27,266 nt of DNA from Candidatus Poribacteria bacterium (lineage in GTDB: Bacteria; Poribacteria; WGA-4E; UBA9662), in contig JAYGDX010000092.1 of assembly GCA_046582655.1 (NCBI GenBank), positions 1-27,266 on the forward strand, written 5' to 3'. Shown here piece by piece: positions 26,301 to 27,266 of the stretch (its first letter is position 1; the number at the start of each line of letters is the position of its first letter). The translations under genes were made by a program, and so were the position numbers. The notes beneath the pieces are model-generated. The model made no database searches, had not been told where the DNA came from, and saw only the letters and a program-made list of their open reading frames with translations.

Positions 26301-27266
26301 TGCCTCCCCACCATAGTCAATCGCCGCAAATAGATGCCAACGGTAACGGTGTTGCCAATGAACTGCTAGACTTGCAGGCACTGGGAGATCGACGGATTCC
26401 GGCTGATATTTCCAGTCTCTCGCTGCCGCCGGCCTTCGGCAGCCAGGTCCAGGCAGTGACCTTGAAACCGGGTATATCCAGCCACACTTTCCAGCTGGAG
26501 GTGGTGGGCACCGAGGTGGAGCGTGTCTTTGCTGAAATCATCCAGCCCGGTTTCGATCCTGACCGCCTGTTCCAGAATTGGCAGGAGGTTGATCAGCAGA
26601 TTCAGGCGGTGGATTTGCAGTTGGCAGCCGATCAAGAAGGCACTCCCAAGTATCAACTAAGATATGACAAGTTCATTCAGCCGGGAGAATATACCCTTAT
26701 CTTCCAGGCCAGTAATGCTGACGGCAATGCCGAACCGATCCAGACCACGGTCACGGTATCGGAAGCAAGCAAACCTAAACTGGCAGGAGATGTCAACGGC
26801 GACAATTCGGTCAATATCTTTGATTTGGTGATGGTGGCCTCCATGTTCGGCCGAACGGGCCAAGGCCTGAGTGGGGATGTCAACGGTGACGGTTCGGTAA
26901 ACATCTTCGACCTGGTGCAGGTGGCCGGTAATTTCGGTAAGAGTGGCCTGGCCGCTGCTCCCTCCCTTCTGGCGGAAGAACTAACTTTCACCAGCCAACA
27001 AAAGCGGCATATCCAATCAGCCATAGTGGAACTGGAGGACATGTCGGCTAGGTCAGAAGCGGAAGAGCTGGCATTCAGCTTCTTAAAAGCCATCCTGCCA
27101 GAAAGGTTGCCAGTGCAGACGCAATTACTGCAGAACTATCCCAATCCCTTTAATCCTGAAACCTGGATACCCTTTGAACTCAGCCAGGATGGAGAAGTGT
27201 CAATAACCATTTATGACGCGGTAGGGAACCCGATCAGGACCTTATCGGCCGGCCACCTGTCAGCTG
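23339..27266 (+). CDS. Large secreted multidomain protein (3'-truncated by the window): IPT/TIG + Big_1/invasin-like Ig repeats + C13/caspase-like peptidase + dockerin-like pair + C-terminal sorting (FlgD-like/T9SS-A-like) domain
   Basis: Absent from the ORF track because there is no stop in the window. GGAG RBS, ATG 23339, signal peptide MKSRPYYWIVSIWILTLLAAMTQIWA; PGVTSLEPSAGSTKGGTTVTVKG (TIG); LVANGVTSTQITVRLLDQNG..NNKDGTYTATY (Big_1); LYIYLLSH (His 25982) and LIIEACYSG (Cys 26111); 2x GDVNGD.SVNIFDLV.VA..FG; LLQNYPNPFNPETWIPF. All motifs are in one frame. Confidence 0.92.
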   Translation, partial: MKSRPYYWIVSIWILTLLAAMTQIWAASHTGYSGMVTINRRVKPGVTSLEPSAGSTKGGTTVTVKGDKFYAGLTTVKLAGLVVSPVSVKSETELSFKTPAGSAGLVDLEVFNPGGVSIKLSQAFKYEAPIVKTVEVKAAADTLVANGVTSTQITVRLLDQNGELVTDETVNLLADRGTIPAQAINNKDGTYTATYKSSQTFGQANITAVTTTGGKLGKVELTLTQRQVSAEKSTVSLDRNWAMIGQQGAVLTVKVVDKQGLVMKGQTVTAKVEPADQVTVSTAKTTDKQGETQLRIQSVTAGERKVTVQVGEVVLTSTASVKFTSNQVANVLISAGGVRKVGELITVSLTLQNASQLPVSGQKVEVIVEPEEGVTLTQPTQDSDVQGKLEAKLFSQTAGLKMLKVKSGDTVLENSAAIIFQAGAAEKVKITAGKTSLMPGTTTILTVTVTDQYDNALKGETVKLASTLGQVGTITDNENGTYGAIFTAPDQTGQVIVTATAAAKNANLGLIVTDKPALTLSPQTAEVEKDGSLQFEASQPVLWTVKGEIGTIDNKGLFTASQLGTGSITAFLLSDPAVKLSTGTITVVEAKLPRTALVFDLPNQAEFEAELDVKGQLIVVNQPDQPAGDQAIVVTFTSPAGKELKFAPRTDKEGRYVLDTVVRFNQVGIWKLGLSFAGSTQFAASQRQHAISVSKAASDITFLSAESAELGQDYLLVGVLKPAIPAVELSLQVLAPDSQLIEKTLQADAGGGFKSSFKLNLDGHWSATLSFAGSSTYQPVTRTFQLNVVQRFGKVIVALGGIGPSEVHAWPKFNTVAESVYRSFVKRNFQAEKDIYFLSPDPNQTKGAQAQTTLKTLEYAITSWAAKEVNSNVPLYIYLLSHNVGNKFLVERRGLQDDYLTPEQLDLWLDKLPSETPVTLIIEACYSGNFINSRLSAPNRTIITSASRDKQAHIMRTSSFSTYFFDRIRANQTIRAAFSQTEERMKKMPPHHSQSPQIDANGNGVANELLDLQALGDRRIPADISSLSLPPAFGSQVQAVTLKPGISSHTFQLEVVGTEVERVFAEIIQPGFDPDRLFQNWQEVDQQIQAVDLQLAADQEGTPKYQLRYDKFIQPGEYTLIFQASNADGNAEPIQTTVTVSEASKPKLAGDVNGDNSVNIFDLVMVASMFGRTGQGLSGDVNGDGSVNIFDLVQVAGNFGKSGLAAAPSLLAEELTFTSQQKRHIQSAIVELEDMSARSEAEELAFSFLKAILPERLPVQTQLLQNYPNPFNPETWIPFELSQDGEVSITIYDAVGNPIRTLSAGHLSA

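Noticed and set aside
23545..27093. Numerous minus-strand ORFs and 25630-25815 (+) in the track
   Set aside because: Shadows of the long plus-strand gene starting at 23339. The same applies to the short antisense/alternate-frame ORFs overlapping genes throughout 1143-23040, including the repeated ones within the FGE repeats.
1..27266. CRISPR array, tRNA/rRNA, IS or integrase
   Set aside because: No regularly spaced short repeats, RNA gene signatures or transposase/recombinase motifs seen; all repeats are intragenic coding repeats.

Overview
Bacterial genomic window, probably Candidatus Poribacteria. This is inferred from the LamG protein tail ...QPKGKLTAx(W)AEIK and from a large secreted protein ending in a dockerin-like pair plus an LLQNYPNPFNPETWIPF sorting domain. 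Left to right: (i) on the minus strand, the start of a sulfatase and a decayed LamG gene; (ii) a tightly packed ~14.8 kb plus-strand run (897-15653) headed by a BlaI-type repressor and an M56/BlaR-like protease with HEAT repeats, followed by an SdiA-regulated/YjiK-like protein, an interrupted PepSY-SGNH gene, an AlgI-like MBOAT, three AlgJ/AlgX-like proteins, a CBM-like domain and a propeller-LamG protein; four of these proteins share an unrecognised 105-aa module; (iii) an amidohydrolase, an orphan family-5 solute-binding protein and a hypothetical gene; (iv) a secreted protein with three tandem FGE-sulfatase (C-type-lectin-fold) domains whose C-terminal 114-nt segments show the NNC/NNT codon pattern of diversity-generating retroelement (DGR) variable regions, with a hairpin after the last; no template repeat or reverse transcriptase is present in the window; (v) a >1300-aa Ig-repeat/C13-like peptidase/dockerin protein that runs off the right end and is missing from the ORF track. 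All family calls come from motif recognition by eye; no database searches were run.
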